64,000 nucleotides of DNA from an uncultured virus (IMG/VR IMGVR_UViG_3300006120_000013) (lineage: Duplodnaviria; Heunggongvirae; Uroviricota; Caudoviricetes): the IMG/VR virus record IMGVR_UViG_3300006120_000013. One strand, 5' to 3'. Within the stretch, counting starts at the first letter, position 1; each line of letters begins with the position of its first letter. The notes under the pieces are model-generated. The model worked only from the letters and a program-made list of their open reading frames with translations, searched no databases and had not been told where the DNA came from. Positions 29,431-39,188 of the stretch are shown here, one piece after another. The position numbers and the translations under genes are program-made.

Positions 29431-31464
29431 ATGTTTTTAAGAGAATTCTTTTATAGATCAAACCCAATTATTATTGAAGGTGGTAATGTACAAATTGGCC
29501 CGCACAGTGCGGAAAGAATCAATTTGAAGAAAATTCCACGCAATCAAATTGTTCCGATTATTGACAATCTATTACATTCAGTCAATTCTGCTTTCCAATC
29601 AAAATTTAAGACTCCACTTTGGTCGCCACAACTACTACAGAAAAAAGAATTCCTCAGTGGATCGGCATTTCACTTTCTCAATCCAGGAATTCCAGATGAA
29701 AAATTTGTTCAACATAAACCTAGTGTTGGAGATATTGACACAATGGTTGATAAAAATAAAAGAGAACAAGTAGAACAATTTTTAAATTCAGTTACAAACA
29801 AAAAGATTGGTCCTGCTACATTACTTGGCTTTAAACCTAATCCTGGAGGTGATCAATTTATTACATTATGGGAATTCAGTGAGCCACCAATCAAGATACA
29901 AATTGATTTAGAACTTGTAGAATTCCACGGTGCTGGTCCAAGTGAATGGTCAAAGTTTAGTCACTCTAGTGATTGGGCAGACCTCGAAGCAGGTGTTAAA
30001 GGAGTATTCCACAAATACTTATTAAGAGCATTTACTACAAATACTCTCAAAGATCGTCTCGTACAAATGAAAACAAAACTTAAACCAGTTAAGAGTACAG
30101 ACGTTGCCTTTGCTGTTACTGGTGGTATGAGAGAAAAATATAAACCAGTTTTAGATGCTAATGGTAAACAAAAAGTTGTAGACGGGTTACCTGTATATAC
30201 AGAAGTTCCAGCAAAAGACTCAACATATGTTAATTCAACAGAAGGCATGTTTGAATTAATATTTGGTAAACCACCGGTAGGAGGAGAAGAAAAACTCCTC
30301 GGTTCATTTATAGGTGGATTACAATTAGCAAACAAATATCTTGATGATGAACATAAAAAGTTATTGCTAGATGGTTTTGTTAATACACTATTTGGACAAA
30401 CTGCTCAAGAACTTTATAAAGGTGATCCAGAATCAGATCGTGCTGAAAAAGAAGTTGCTCTCAAAACTATGCTTGAAAAATTAGGCATGAAGATGGACAC
30501 AAATATACAGCAAATGGAAAAGTCTTTTTACAGTAATTATAAAATGGATGAAGAATTAGACGAAGAGGAAGTTGTTTCAAGTCGTCGTACAGGAATTAGC
30601 CATCTACAAGGTATGAAAGATTTAGAGTTTATTGAACTTATTAAGAAAATTAAAAACGAATATCAAGGTAAATTAAGCAACGTAAAGATGACTCTTAAAG
30701 TTGATGGTCTCGGTGCTCGCTTTGGTAAAGACGCAGAAGGTCGTCCATTTTTTGAAAGTTCAAGAAGCGGACCAATCTTTACAGCAGGTTCATTTATATC
30801 ACATGCTAAAAGCAGAGGATTTGAAGGTGAAAAACTTGCTCGTGCTGAAAAGTATGACGAAATTTATAACCTAGTCGTTAACAGTGACTTTGTTAAGAAG
30901 TTACCTAATGATATTAAAATTCATTGTGAGATACTTTATAATCCAATGGCAGAAGAAACAGAGAATGGCTTGAAGTTTGTCACAGTTTCTTATGATAGAA
31001 AACTACTAGGCGAAGTAATGACTATTGTTCCATTCTACGCAGAAGTTGCTTCTACTGGACAAAAGTATTCTAAGAGTGAACAAATTAAAGACGAACTAAT
31101 TAGATCTGGTAGTGGTAATGGTATTAAATTTGTTGATGACAGATTAATGTCAGACACTATCGATATTACTGGCGAAATTGATCCATTACTAACAATGATC
31201 AACGATCGCTTTATTGCTAAACTTACATCAAGAACTAAAGCAGACGCTGAAGAAAAGTCGCAACTAAAGGCTATGGTTCAAAGTGTTAAGGACAATTTGG
31301 CAGATTATATCTTTAGACATCCAAGCATTGCTGGTAAAGATAAATTGGGCAAAGACATTGAAGGTATTATACTTCATAGAGATAAAGAAGCCCCACTAAA
31401 GATCACTACTCCAGATTTTAAGCAAGCAATCGCAGCAAAGAAGAACCCAAATGTTGTTAAGTGA
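29431..31464 (+). CDS. Two-domain protein: Pol-beta-type nucleotidyltransferase plus ligase-like (KxDG) nucleotidyltransferase
   Basis: SGSA...GDIDTMVD...IQIDL in the N half; acidic MDEELDEEE linker; TLKVDG, IHCEIL, IEGIIL, LKITT in the C half. Confidence 0.6.
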   Translation: MFLREFFYRSNPIIIEGGNVQIGPHSAERINLKKIPRNQIVPIIDNLLHSVNSAFQSKFKTPLWSPQLLQKKEFLSGSAFHFLNPGIPDEKFVQHKPSVGDIDTMVDKNKREQVEQFLNSVTNKKIGPATLLGFKPNPGGDQFITLWEFSEPPIKIQIDLELVEFHGAGPSEWSKFSHSSDWADLEAGVKGVFHKYLLRAFTTNTLKDRLVQMKTKLKPVKSTDVAFAVTGGMREKYKPVLDANGKQKVVDGLPVYTEVPAKDSTYVNSTEGMFELIFGKPPVGGEEKLLGSFIGGLQLANKYLDDEHKKLLLDGFVNTLFGQTAQELYKGDPESDRAEKEVALKTMLEKLGMKMDTNIQQMEKSFYSNYKMDEELDEEEVVSSRRTGISHLQGMKDLEFIELIKKIKNEYQGKLSNVKMTLKVDGLGARFGKDAEGRPFFESSRSGPIFTAGSFISHAKSRGFEGEKLARAEKYDEIYNLVVNSDFVKKLPNDIKIHCEILYNPMAEETENGLKFVTVSYDRKLLGEVMTIVPFYAEVASTGQKYSKSEQIKDELIRSGSGNGIKFVDDRLMSDTIDITGEIDPLLTMINDRFIAKLTSRTKADAEEKSQLKAMVQSVKDNLADYIFRHPSIAGKDKLGKDIEGIILHRDKEAPLKITTPDFKQAIAAKKNPNVVK

Positions 31465-32125
31465 ATTATTTGAAGCAAGCACAGAAGTTGCTATTATATT
31501 TGGAAGGTTTAATCCTCCACACAAAGGTCATAAGGCTGCGTGGGAAATTGCTGCCCAATCACCAATATGGTATATAGGTACCAATAAGTCCACCATTGGA
31601 CCAAAAGATCCTTTGCCTTATGATGTTAAGATTAAAGCAATGCAAGTAATTTGGCCAGATATTAAAGGACACATTGTTGCTGAACAAAGTTGGCTAACTC
31701 TTTGCTCAAGAGTATTCGAAGAACACGGTGATGTTATTCTTAATGTTGTTACTGACGAAGAATATGTTTTTAAACTCATTGCACAATATAACGGTGTAGA
31801 AGGTAAACAACATGGATTTTATAAATTTACAACAATAAATCCAAAACCTAGTCCAAGAATAAGTTCTGCTACTGACCTAAGAGCCGCAGTTACTAACGAT
31901 AATCCAGATGCGTTTGCTAAGGCTGCTGGTGTTCCTGCTGATACATTAATTGCTGGTGTTCCATATTTTGAACTTGTAAAAAAATATATGACCCCAGACC
32001 CTAAAGTTAAAACAAAGAAAACAAAAGAAGAATGTGCCGGCGTTGGTATTGTAACAAAACAAAACTCTACAGCAGATGTTGGATCTGGAACTATTAAAAA
32101 GAATATGAAGGCGTTTAAATTATGA
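31451..32125 (+). CDS. HxGH cytidylyl/adenylyltransferase (NMNAT-like fold)
   Basis: IIFGRFNPPHKGH, KDPLPY, ISSATDLR. Confidence 0.75.
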   Translation: MLLSELFEASTEVAIIFGRFNPPHKGHKAAWEIAAQSPIWYIGTNKSTIGPKDPLPYDVKIKAMQVIWPDIKGHIVAEQSWLTLCSRVFEEHGDVILNVVTDEEYVFKLIAQYNGVEGKQHGFYKFTTINPKPSPRISSATDLRAAVTNDNPDAFAKAAGVPADTLIAGVPYFELVKKYMTPDPKVKTKKTKEECAGVGIVTKQNSTADVGSGTIKKNMKAFKL

Positions 32126-32325
32126 ACATTAAAGAACTTCAAAAATTAGCAGGTATTACATCTGAAGAAAAGACAGATGAAAATATTTCTACTGCTTATG
32201 CTGATAAACGCAAGAAAGAAAAAGAAGAAAACATATCACCAGGATCAGATGAATGGTTCAAACTCTGGTTCAAAAGAAAACCAGGTCTAGGCATGCCCCC
32301 AGTATTTCGTGGAAGAAAAAAATGA
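32122..32325 (+). CDS. Small hypothetical protein, putative internal head protein
   Basis: MNIKELQKLAGI...PGSDEWFKLWF; ATGA coupling on both sides. Confidence 0.6.
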   Translation: MNIKELQKLAGITSEEKTDENISTAYADKRKKEKEENISPGSDEWFKLWFKRKPGLGMPPVFRGRKK

Positions 32326-33449
32326 GATTAAGAGAAGTATTTGAAGATATACAAGGACCAGGAGTTACAACTGCTCCATTCTTAAAGGATGGACCTCTTA
32401 AGGTTTCTAAACACTTTACAAGTCGTCTTAAAGAGAGAGATTTAGATCTAAAAACTGTTGCTCGTTTTATTAGCAAAGCAATTAAAAAGAATAAAGCAGA
32501 GATAGAAGCACTTCCAGTTGATACATCATTTATTCTAAAATCTAAAATAGGTTTAGGTGTTGCTATTGTTAAACAAGAAACTCCAGATGGAATTGTATAC
32601 TTGATTAATACAGCTCATCCACAATTTAGTGTTGGAGCAAATCAAGAAGTATTTTTAGGTGATAGTAAACTACTTGATAAGAAGACTCCAACTATCGGAG
32701 AACTTGCTGAAAAATATCACACAAGTCTTATTGCTGTTGAACTTCAACTTAAAAAAGGCATCAAGGTTGAAATGGAACACACTAAGAAACACAGTGTGGC
32801 AAAAGAAATTGCTTTAGACCATTTGGGAGAAGATTTATATTATTATGAAAAATTAGCCAAAGTAGAAAAAAATGAGTCTTGTGGACCTAGTTGTACCTGT
32901 CCAAAATGTAAAGCAACAAATGAAGGTCAATTTAGAGCAGATGATGTTGAGGAATTCAAACCGAGTAAAAGTCAATTAGGCGATCTAAAATCCAAATATC
33001 TCCCAGATTGGGAAATGTTAGATCATAGAATTCTACAAGCAGATTATAATGCTAAAGATCATAGACATGCTGAAAAGTTTATTGAGAGAATCAATAAAAT
33101 TAGTGAAGAAATGGATCATTTTTGTGAAGTAACTCAAGATGTTGCTGAAGTTACAGTAAAGACTACAACATCAGATGTTAAGGGGTTAACACTTTTAGAT
33201 TTCCAAATTGCCATGCGTATAGATAACTTGGCAGAGAAAATGGATATTGAACAGATCCGTTCAAAAGGTAATTTTGATGAAAACTTTGCGGACGGAAAAG
33301 GTCCAGGTAGACCAGGAGATAGTGCTAGACACGGCATACCTAAAGGTGCTACAATAGCACAGTTAGAAAAGGCATCAAAGGCAAAAGGACGCAAAGGTCA
33401 ATTGGCACGTTGGCAATTGAATATGCGTAGAGGTAAAAAGAAAGGCTAA
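32322..33449 (+). CDS. Multi-module protein including a pterin-4a-carbinolamine dehydratase-like domain
   Basis: MRLREVFE leader; modules GIKVEMEHT..AKEIALDHL.EDLYYY, LPDW...EEMDH...GLTLLDFQIA.RID and ENFADGK..GRPG. Confidence 0.55.
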   Translation: MRLREVFEDIQGPGVTTAPFLKDGPLKVSKHFTSRLKERDLDLKTVARFISKAIKKNKAEIEALPVDTSFILKSKIGLGVAIVKQETPDGIVYLINTAHPQFSVGANQEVFLGDSKLLDKKTPTIGELAEKYHTSLIAVELQLKKGIKVEMEHTKKHSVAKEIALDHLGEDLYYYEKLAKVEKNESCGPSCTCPKCKATNEGQFRADDVEEFKPSKSQLGDLKSKYLPDWEMLDHRILQADYNAKDHRHAEKFIERINKISEEMDHFCEVTQDVAEVTVKTTTSDVKGLTLLDFQIAMRIDNLAEKMDIEQIRSKGNFDENFADGKGPGRPGDSARHGIPKGATIAQLEKASKAKGRKGQLARWQLNMRRGKKKG

Positions 33450-33451
33450 AA

Positions 33452-33802
33452 ATGTATAACAAAGTTGATGATAGATCTGAAGAAATGTTTATTGGATGTG
33501 AATGTAATTCCCCGGCACATATTATTCGTGTTAGTTATTGGGACTGGGGATTAAAAGATTCTCCTGAATTTTATTTTGAACTCCAAAGCGATATGCCTCA
33601 TAGTTTCTTTACACGAGTAAAGAAGGCTTTTAATTATATATTCTTTGGTACTCGTTTAGATTGGCACGATGTTATTCCTAAAGCAGATGATCTTCGTAAA
33701 CTCCAGATTCTTATTTCTAAATATTTAGATCGCTATGATCATTATGAGGCTCATTGTAAGATTGAATGGAAAAAGAAAAAGGAGTCAAATGAAACTATTT
33801 GA
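33452..33802 (+). CDS. Hypothetical protein
   Basis: 116 aa with a CEC...H motif. Confidence 0.55.
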   Translation: MYNKVDDRSEEMFIGCECNSPAHIIRVSYWDWGLKDSPEFYFELQSDMPHSFFTRVKKAFNYIFFGTRLDWHDVIPKADDLRKLQILISKYLDRYDHYEAHCKIEWKKKKESNETI

Positions 33803-34331
33803 ACTTAATCAAAACATAGGGAAACATGTTCCTGAAATCTATGTCGACATGGATGGTGTACTTGCTGATTTCTTTGGGGAGTGGGCAAAATTAGATGGTG
33901 TAGATCATTATAAAGATATTGATAATCCAGAAGCAAAATTAGCTCTAGTTAGAGAACATCCAAACTATTGGATTAATCTTCCTGTATTACCAAACGCAGG
34001 TAAATTAATGGGATTTATTAAAAAGAATTTTGGACACTATAATATTTGTTCAAGTCCACTTGCTGGTGATCCACAATGCGAACCACAAAAGAGATTGTGG
34101 GTTAAGAAACATCTAGCAGGCTTTCCACCAGATCATGTAATCATTACAGAAAACAAAGCAGCATATGCTACACAAGCAGACGGATCACCAAATATTTTAA
34201 TTGATGACTTTGGTAAAAATATTGCCGCCTGGAATAACGCAGGCGGCATTGGTATCAAACATAAAGATCATAAATTAGATAGAACTTTAAATGAATTAGC
34301 AAATTATATAAATGCTAGATCTCAAGCATAA
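33789..34331 (+). CDS. HAD-family 5'(3')-nucleotidase/phosphatase
   Basis: IYVDMDGVLADF, SSP, K, ILIDD; GGAG RBS; leader MKLFEL. Confidence 0.8.
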   Translation: MKLFELNQNIGKHVPEIYVDMDGVLADFFGEWAKLDGVDHYKDIDNPEAKLALVREHPNYWINLPVLPNAGKLMGFIKKNFGHYNICSSPLAGDPQCEPQKRLWVKKHLAGFPPDHVIITENKAAYATQADGSPNILIDDFGKNIAAWNNAGGIGIKHKDHKLDRTLNELANYINARSQA

Positions 34332-34549
34332 TCTGGATCAATATTATCTGGATCGATTTCAATAATGATTTTTCCGTCTTCGTCGTAAATCTTTACTTTA
34401 TCTGCTTCTAGTTTCTTTGCAAATTCTAGTGCTTCTTCGTAAACTAAGAAAGAGAACAATTCAAGTTCTACTTCTTCACCTTCATGAAATTTAAAAGATT
34501 TCATCTTAAATGGGTACGTGTGATATCCCCAATCGATTTTTTTGGTCAT
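34322..34549 (-). CDS. Small acidic hypothetical protein (paralog of 34577-34765)
   Basis: GGAG RBS; EEALEFA...VKIYDEDG...YA. Confidence 0.65.
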   Translation of the reverse strand: MTKKIDWGYHTYPFKMKSFKFHEGEEVELELFSFLVYEEALEFAKKLEADKVKIYDEDGKIIIEIDPDNIDPDYA

Positions 34550-34576
34550 TTATTTTCTCCTATAATTATTATATAT

Positions 34577-34765
34577 TTAAGCGTAAGTGGTAGGTGAGTC
34601 TGGAATTATTTCGTGTATTAATTCGCCAATCTCATTGTAAATTTTAACGGAATATGCTTCTACCGTTCTTGCAAAAGCAATAGCATCTTGTTCTAATTCA
34701 AAGAAAAAATGTTTAGATTCTACAATACCATTATTCCAATTAAATGTTGTAGTCTTGAATTTCAT
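34577..34765 (-). CDS. Small hypothetical protein (paralog of 34322-34549)
   Basis: QDAIAFA...VKIYNEIG...YA. Confidence 0.65.
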   Translation of the reverse strand: MKFKTTTFNWNNGIVESKHFFFELEQDAIAFARTVEAYSVKIYNEIGELIHEIIPDSPTTYA

Positions 34766-34767
34766 TG

Positions 34768-35826
34768 TTACTCTCCGTTAAAATATTTTACCCAAATATC
34801 GCGGGTGTTATTAGTATAATTAGTCAAATTCTTCTGATTTATTCCCACATTCTGCTGTGGGAAATTATATGCTTTTATAATTTGTTCAGCAATGTTTTTA
34901 CTGTCAACTGGATTAGCATTAAACTCTTTACAACTCCACGGTATTTCATTAGATCCTACAAGAGGAACACCTTGACTTATAAGATCAGCACCAACAATAT
35001 TAAATGTTTCACTGAAACTAACTTGTAAGCCAATATCCATTGTAGCACATAATTCTAGAAATTGTTCTCTAGGGCGCCACTCATGTGATATCATTTCATG
35101 CCCACTATCTATAAGTTGAATAAACAGTCCACGTAAATTATGTAATACAGCATCCCCCTTCATTTCAATACGTCCAGCATTAATATGAAATCTTAATTTT
35201 TTATTAAGAATTTTACAAGAATCAAGTGCTCCAAATGCTTGTAATAAGTGATTTTTTAGTGGACGAACTGCACCAAAACAACAAATGTCTAGATGTTTTT
35301 TATCTTTGTTAAATTCTTTAGTTACATAGTCTTGAGGATAGTAGTTTGGCATGTAAACTATTTTTTCTTTAATTTTATCTTTATCCCATCCCATTTTAAT
35401 TTTAGCATAAGTTTTAATTTCGTGCATCATACGTGGGGCATTAATTCCTAATATGATATTTGGAAATGTAAAATAATCTCCAATCCAATTCATTGCGATT
35501 CCTTCGCCTGCTAGGAAAGGCATTTCACTGTGTAGTCGTATAATCCAAGTAATTTTAGGATGCAACTTTGTTAAAATATAAAATTTACTAGGAACAACCC
35601 AAAGTGCTTCAATAATAACATGAGTTGGTCTATGCTTTGTGACTAACTTATCTATACAGTTATTATCTATTGCTACTTCCATCTCAGATTCTATTCCAGA
35701 ATCTTTTAACATTTGATCCATAAAACTGGCACTATTATAAAGTCCAGTACTTAATCCTTTTGCATTGTGTTTGACAAGGTCGTAGTCTTCTCTTCTCTTC
35801 AAAATGAATAGAACACGTTTTTTCAT
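34768..35826 (-). CDS. Glycosyltransferase (GT-B fold, GT4-like)
   Basis: FGAVRPLKN, VSFSETFNIVGADLISQGVPLV; GGGAG RBS; minus-strand ATAAATA at 35855-35861. Confidence 0.75.
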   Translation of the reverse strand: MKKRVLFILKRREDYDLVKHNAKGLSTGLYNSASFMDQMLKDSGIESEMEVAIDNNCIDKLVTKHRPTHVIIEALWVVPSKFYILTKLHPKITWIIRLHSEMPFLAGEGIAMNWIGDYFTFPNIILGINAPRMMHEIKTYAKIKMGWDKDKIKEKIVYMPNYYPQDYVTKEFNKDKKHLDICCFGAVRPLKNHLLQAFGALDSCKILNKKLRFHINAGRIEMKGDAVLHNLRGLFIQLIDSGHEMISHEWRPREQFLELCATMDIGLQVSFSETFNIVGADLISQGVPLVGSNEIPWSCKEFNANPVDSKNIAEQIIKAYNFPQQNVGINQKNLTNYTNNTRDIWVKYFNGE

Positions 35827-35920
35827 AAAACTCCCGTCTGTAAATCTTTCCGTCTATTTATCGACACATATATCTTTGGTGAGAAAAGAACATAAATATT
35901 AGTAAAGAAAGGGCAGCAAC

Positions 35921-36190
35921 ATGAAAATAAAAGAACTTATCGAAGCAGCCACAGCAGGTGCTACATCCTCAGGAAGTATAGCAACAGTTGTAAGCCCACA
36001 ATTAAGCCCAGGTAAAGCACGTGGCAAAACATCTTATACAGGATCACCAGGAAAAAGTGGAACAAAGGCTCCACCACAACCTAAGGTAGTACAACCTAAA
36101 TCAAAACTAGGTACTACTAAAAATGCTCTCGATATGAAGGCAAACATCTTTGGTCAACCCAAAGAAAGCGTAACAGTTATAAAGAGATAA
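35921..36190 (+). CDS. Small basic low-complexity protein, putative internal head protein
   Basis: MKIKELIEA-ATAGATSSGSIA; late promoter at 35892-35898. Confidence 0.6.
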   Translation: MKIKELIEAATAGATSSGSIATVVSPQLSPGKARGKTSYTGSPGKSGTKAPPQPKVVQPKSKLGTTKNALDMKANIFGQPKESVTVIKR

Positions 36191-36192
36191 TC

Positions 36193-36909
36193 ATGCTGCT
36201 ACGCGATTTCGTTGAACAACATGTTTCTGATGCCGTTGTGTTCCACGATGAACTTAATCCTGTCTTTTGGACTAATAATAAAATGAAGCCTATGATTCGC
36301 TATAAACTTTTACAAGTTGCTATGGATTTTGTCAAGTTCATAGGTGTTAAAGAATTAGGTCTCACAGATGTTATTATGACTGGATCAAACGCCAGTTACA
36401 ATTATACAAAGCATAGTGATGTTGATCTACACCTTGTAGTTAAAATTCCCGATAGCGATGTATTCAAGCAATTATATGACTCCAAGAAGGGTCTTTGGAA
36501 CGAACAACATGACGTTAAAATTAAAGGGTATGACGTTGAAGTTTATGTTCAAGACGCCGATGAGCCTCATATAAGTTCAGGCATGTACAGTATACTTAAC
36601 GACGAGTGGATTAAAGAGCCAAAGCCCGTTAAGCCTAAAATTAATGATATGAGTGTTGAACACAAATATGAAGAAATTCATGCTGCTATTGAAGAAGCAG
36701 TTCATGATGGTGATAAAGCCAAGTTAGAAAAACTCAAAGACGATATTAAAAAGATGCGTCAAAGCGGTCTCCAAAAAGAAGGAGAATTTAGCGTTGAGAA
36801 TTTGGTTTTTAAGATGTTGCGTAATCTAGGTGACATGGATATGTTAGTCAATGTTATAGCAAGGTTGCGTGACAAAGAACTCAGTATAGAACACGTTCAC
36901 GAGGAGTAA
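36193..36909 (+). CDS. Pol-beta-superfamily nucleotidyltransferase
   Basis: MTGSNASYNYT..SDVDLH...YDVEVYVQ; leader MLLRDFVE. Confidence 0.75.
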   Translation: MLLRDFVEQHVSDAVVFHDELNPVFWTNNKMKPMIRYKLLQVAMDFVKFIGVKELGLTDVIMTGSNASYNYTKHSDVDLHLVVKIPDSDVFKQLYDSKKGLWNEQHDVKIKGYDVEVYVQDADEPHISSGMYSILNDEWIKEPKPVKPKINDMSVEHKYEEIHAAIEEAVHDGDKAKLEKLKDDIKKMRQSGLQKEGEFSVENLVFKMLRNLGDMDMLVNVIARLRDKELSIEHVHEE

Positions 36910-36914
36910 TCACA

Positions 36915-37205
36915 ATGACATATGAATTTGATACACATCAGTCCACAAATAAAATTAATTGGGCTGATTTCGATCTCTTATGGGAAAATTATTATACCGT
37001 CAGAGCCATACCTCGTGGAAATCTCAAGAAAAAAGCCTTATCCTATATCGACGAACATGAGTATAAAAACGGCTGGAGTAAGCATACACAACGTAAACTT
37101 GTGGTAAAATCAAAGAAGATCAGAAAAAGTTCCAAAAAGGCTGATCGTATGTTTGACTCGCAGTTAACCGATATGGTCAACTGGTACATCCACTTTTACC
37201 AGTAA
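36915..37205 (+). CDS. Hypothetical protein
   Basis: 96 aa, GAGGAG RBS. Confidence 0.55.
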   Translation: MTYEFDTHQSTNKINWADFDLLWENYYTVRAIPRGNLKKKALSYIDEHEYKNGWSKHTQRKLVVKSKKIRKSSKKADRMFDSQLTDMVNWYIHFYQ

Positions 37206-37238
37206 GGATAAATATTAGTAAATTATAAGGATTTACTA

Positions 37239-38921
37239 ATGAACCTTTCTGACCTGTTATCTGAATCTGAAATTCAGCAACTAGACGAGTTAAAAGCAGG
37301 AAAGTATGCTCATATAGCGAGTTTATTAGGTGCTCTTGCTGCTCAACACGGTGGCAAGGCAGCTGATGCTGCTACTGTTGGTTGGAAGCAACAAGCACCA
37401 CATGCTTTAGCAACATTAGCAACTTATGCCGATACTAAAAAACTAGGTGCCCTACCTGCTACATTAAGTTCTGACGAACTTAATAGAGATGAAGACGAAT
37501 TAAGACGTAGAGAAAAATATAGAAAAATTGGTAGATTAGTTTCTCCTAAAGATGAAAGTTTAGACGAGGGTGTAGTTGCCCGTAGAGGCAATAAAGTAAT
37601 TCTTGGTTCTCTAGAATTACAACTTTATCCAGATCATGTTTTTTATGTAGTTAATGGTGGGAAAGAAGCAGATCTAAGCATTTATAAGGACGGAGCGTTT
37701 AAGCCTCCTCGCAATAATGAAATCTATTTGAAGGATGCTGGTAAGCATGGCGTTCCAGACGTATTCTCAAAGGTAATTGCTAAATTCTTTGCTACTCAAA
37801 GCATAGATGATGTTGTTAATGATTTAGAAACTCTATATAGAAATCATGTTAAGAAAGAAGATTTAGACGAAGGAAAGTATAATGAACTTTTCCTTAGAGG
37901 ATTAGTTGGTGCTATTATGGCAGGTGGAATTTCTTATGGTATCGATTATGCCAAAGAGAAAACTGCTGATCTTGATAAAGCAGGATTACACGCACTTTAT
38001 AAAAGTATCGATCCACACGAATATAAACAACTTACACAAAAAATACCACTCAAAGACAAAAAAGGTCTTAATTCTATATTAAGCAAATTGAAGGAACATG
38101 CCATGAAAATGGAAGATCTAGATGAAGGTTGGGTATCTATTAGTGATCCTAAAACTGGTAAAACAAACACTTATGGTAAAAAGCCAAAAGAGAAACCAGA
38201 AGTCGGTGAACCAGGAACTAATTGGCAGAAACATTCTAAACAAGGTGGTAGTAAGATATCACTTACTAAACCTATTGAAGAAGGTAATAAAGAAAATAAA
38301 GCAAAGAAGAAAGAAGTTATTCCACCAAAAAGTCGTCCTAAAGATAAGATGAGTTCATTTGATCCACGTAAAGATCTTAAAATGAGAGAAAGTGAATACG
38401 ACGGTGAAGGATCTTTCTTAAAGAATGAATTACAGACTATTGCTAGAGTTGCTACTCACCTTGCTCGCGATTTAGACAATGACGAGAATGTTCCAACATG
38501 GGTAATATCAAAGATATCACAAAGCAAAGGTATGCTTGTTGGTGCTATGGATTATATGATTAGCAAACATGAACGTGGTATTCAACCAATGGATGAAGAA
38601 GAAAAGGATTGGTCAAGTCGTTATAGAGTAGGTTGTACTCTTGTTGATCGTAATTCACCTGCTGCTTCTAACAGAAATAAAAAGATCTTTAAGAATGTTT
38701 GGGTAAGAGCAGAAGACGAATTTGATGCTAAAAAAGTTGCTCAAATCTATTATCGCAAAAAAGGATACAGTGTAATTAATTGCGAAATTACAACTCCAAA
38801 TGAATCAATGAGTGAAGAAAAGCAAAGACTTGATGCTAAATGCTGGAAAGGTTATCGCAAGGCTGGAACTAAAATGAAGGGCGGCGTCAGAGTTAATAAT
38901 TGTGTTAAGAGTGGAAAATAA
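37239..38921 (+). CDS. Putative internal head polyprotein of short modules separated by LDE/x-x-E linkers
   Basis: QLDEL, SLDEG, DLDEG, DLDEG, IEEG, MRES, MDEE, MSEE; last module CWKGYRKAGTKMKGGVRVNNCV; late promoter at 37208-37214. Confidence 0.6.
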   Translation: MNLSDLLSESEIQQLDELKAGKYAHIASLLGALAAQHGGKAADAATVGWKQQAPHALATLATYADTKKLGALPATLSSDELNRDEDELRRREKYRKIGRLVSPKDESLDEGVVARRGNKVILGSLELQLYPDHVFYVVNGGKEADLSIYKDGAFKPPRNNEIYLKDAGKHGVPDVFSKVIAKFFATQSIDDVVNDLETLYRNHVKKEDLDEGKYNELFLRGLVGAIMAGGISYGIDYAKEKTADLDKAGLHALYKSIDPHEYKQLTQKIPLKDKKGLNSILSKLKEHAMKMEDLDEGWVSISDPKTGKTNTYGKKPKEKPEVGEPGTNWQKHSKQGGSKISLTKPIEEGNKENKAKKKEVIPPKSRPKDKMSSFDPRKDLKMRESEYDGEGSFLKNELQTIARVATHLARDLDNDENVPTWVISKISQSKGMLVGAMDYMISKHERGIQPMDEEEKDWSSRYRVGCTLVDRNSPAASNRNKKIFKNVWVRAEDEFDAKKVAQIYYRKKGYSVINCEITTPNESMSEEKQRLDAKCWKGYRKAGTKMKGGVRVNNCVKSGK

Positions 38922-39157
38922 TGGCAAACCTAACAGTACAAACACCTTACAATCCAAATAGACCAACTAACCCAGAAGATCCAAATGGTATTGCTCATGC
39001 TGAAAGTGCTAATCCCGCTGATACACAGAAGGATCGTGCCGCAGCAAAGAAGTCTTGGGCACAATATGTCCAAGATTGGAAAGTAGCACAACAAACAGGT
39101 GATAGTTCAGGTCCAGCACAGTTTCCAACAGGAACAGTAATTTATCCAAACGATTGA
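38921..39157 (+). CDS. Hypothetical protein
   Basis: 78 aa; TAATG overlap with the upstream stop. Confidence 0.55.
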   Translation: MANLTVQTPYNPNRPTNPEDPNGIAHAESANPADTQKDRAAAKKSWAQYVQDWKVAQQTGDSSGPAQFPTGTVIYPND

Positions 39158-39188
39158 TTAAAATAAATACACTAACAAGGATTTTATT

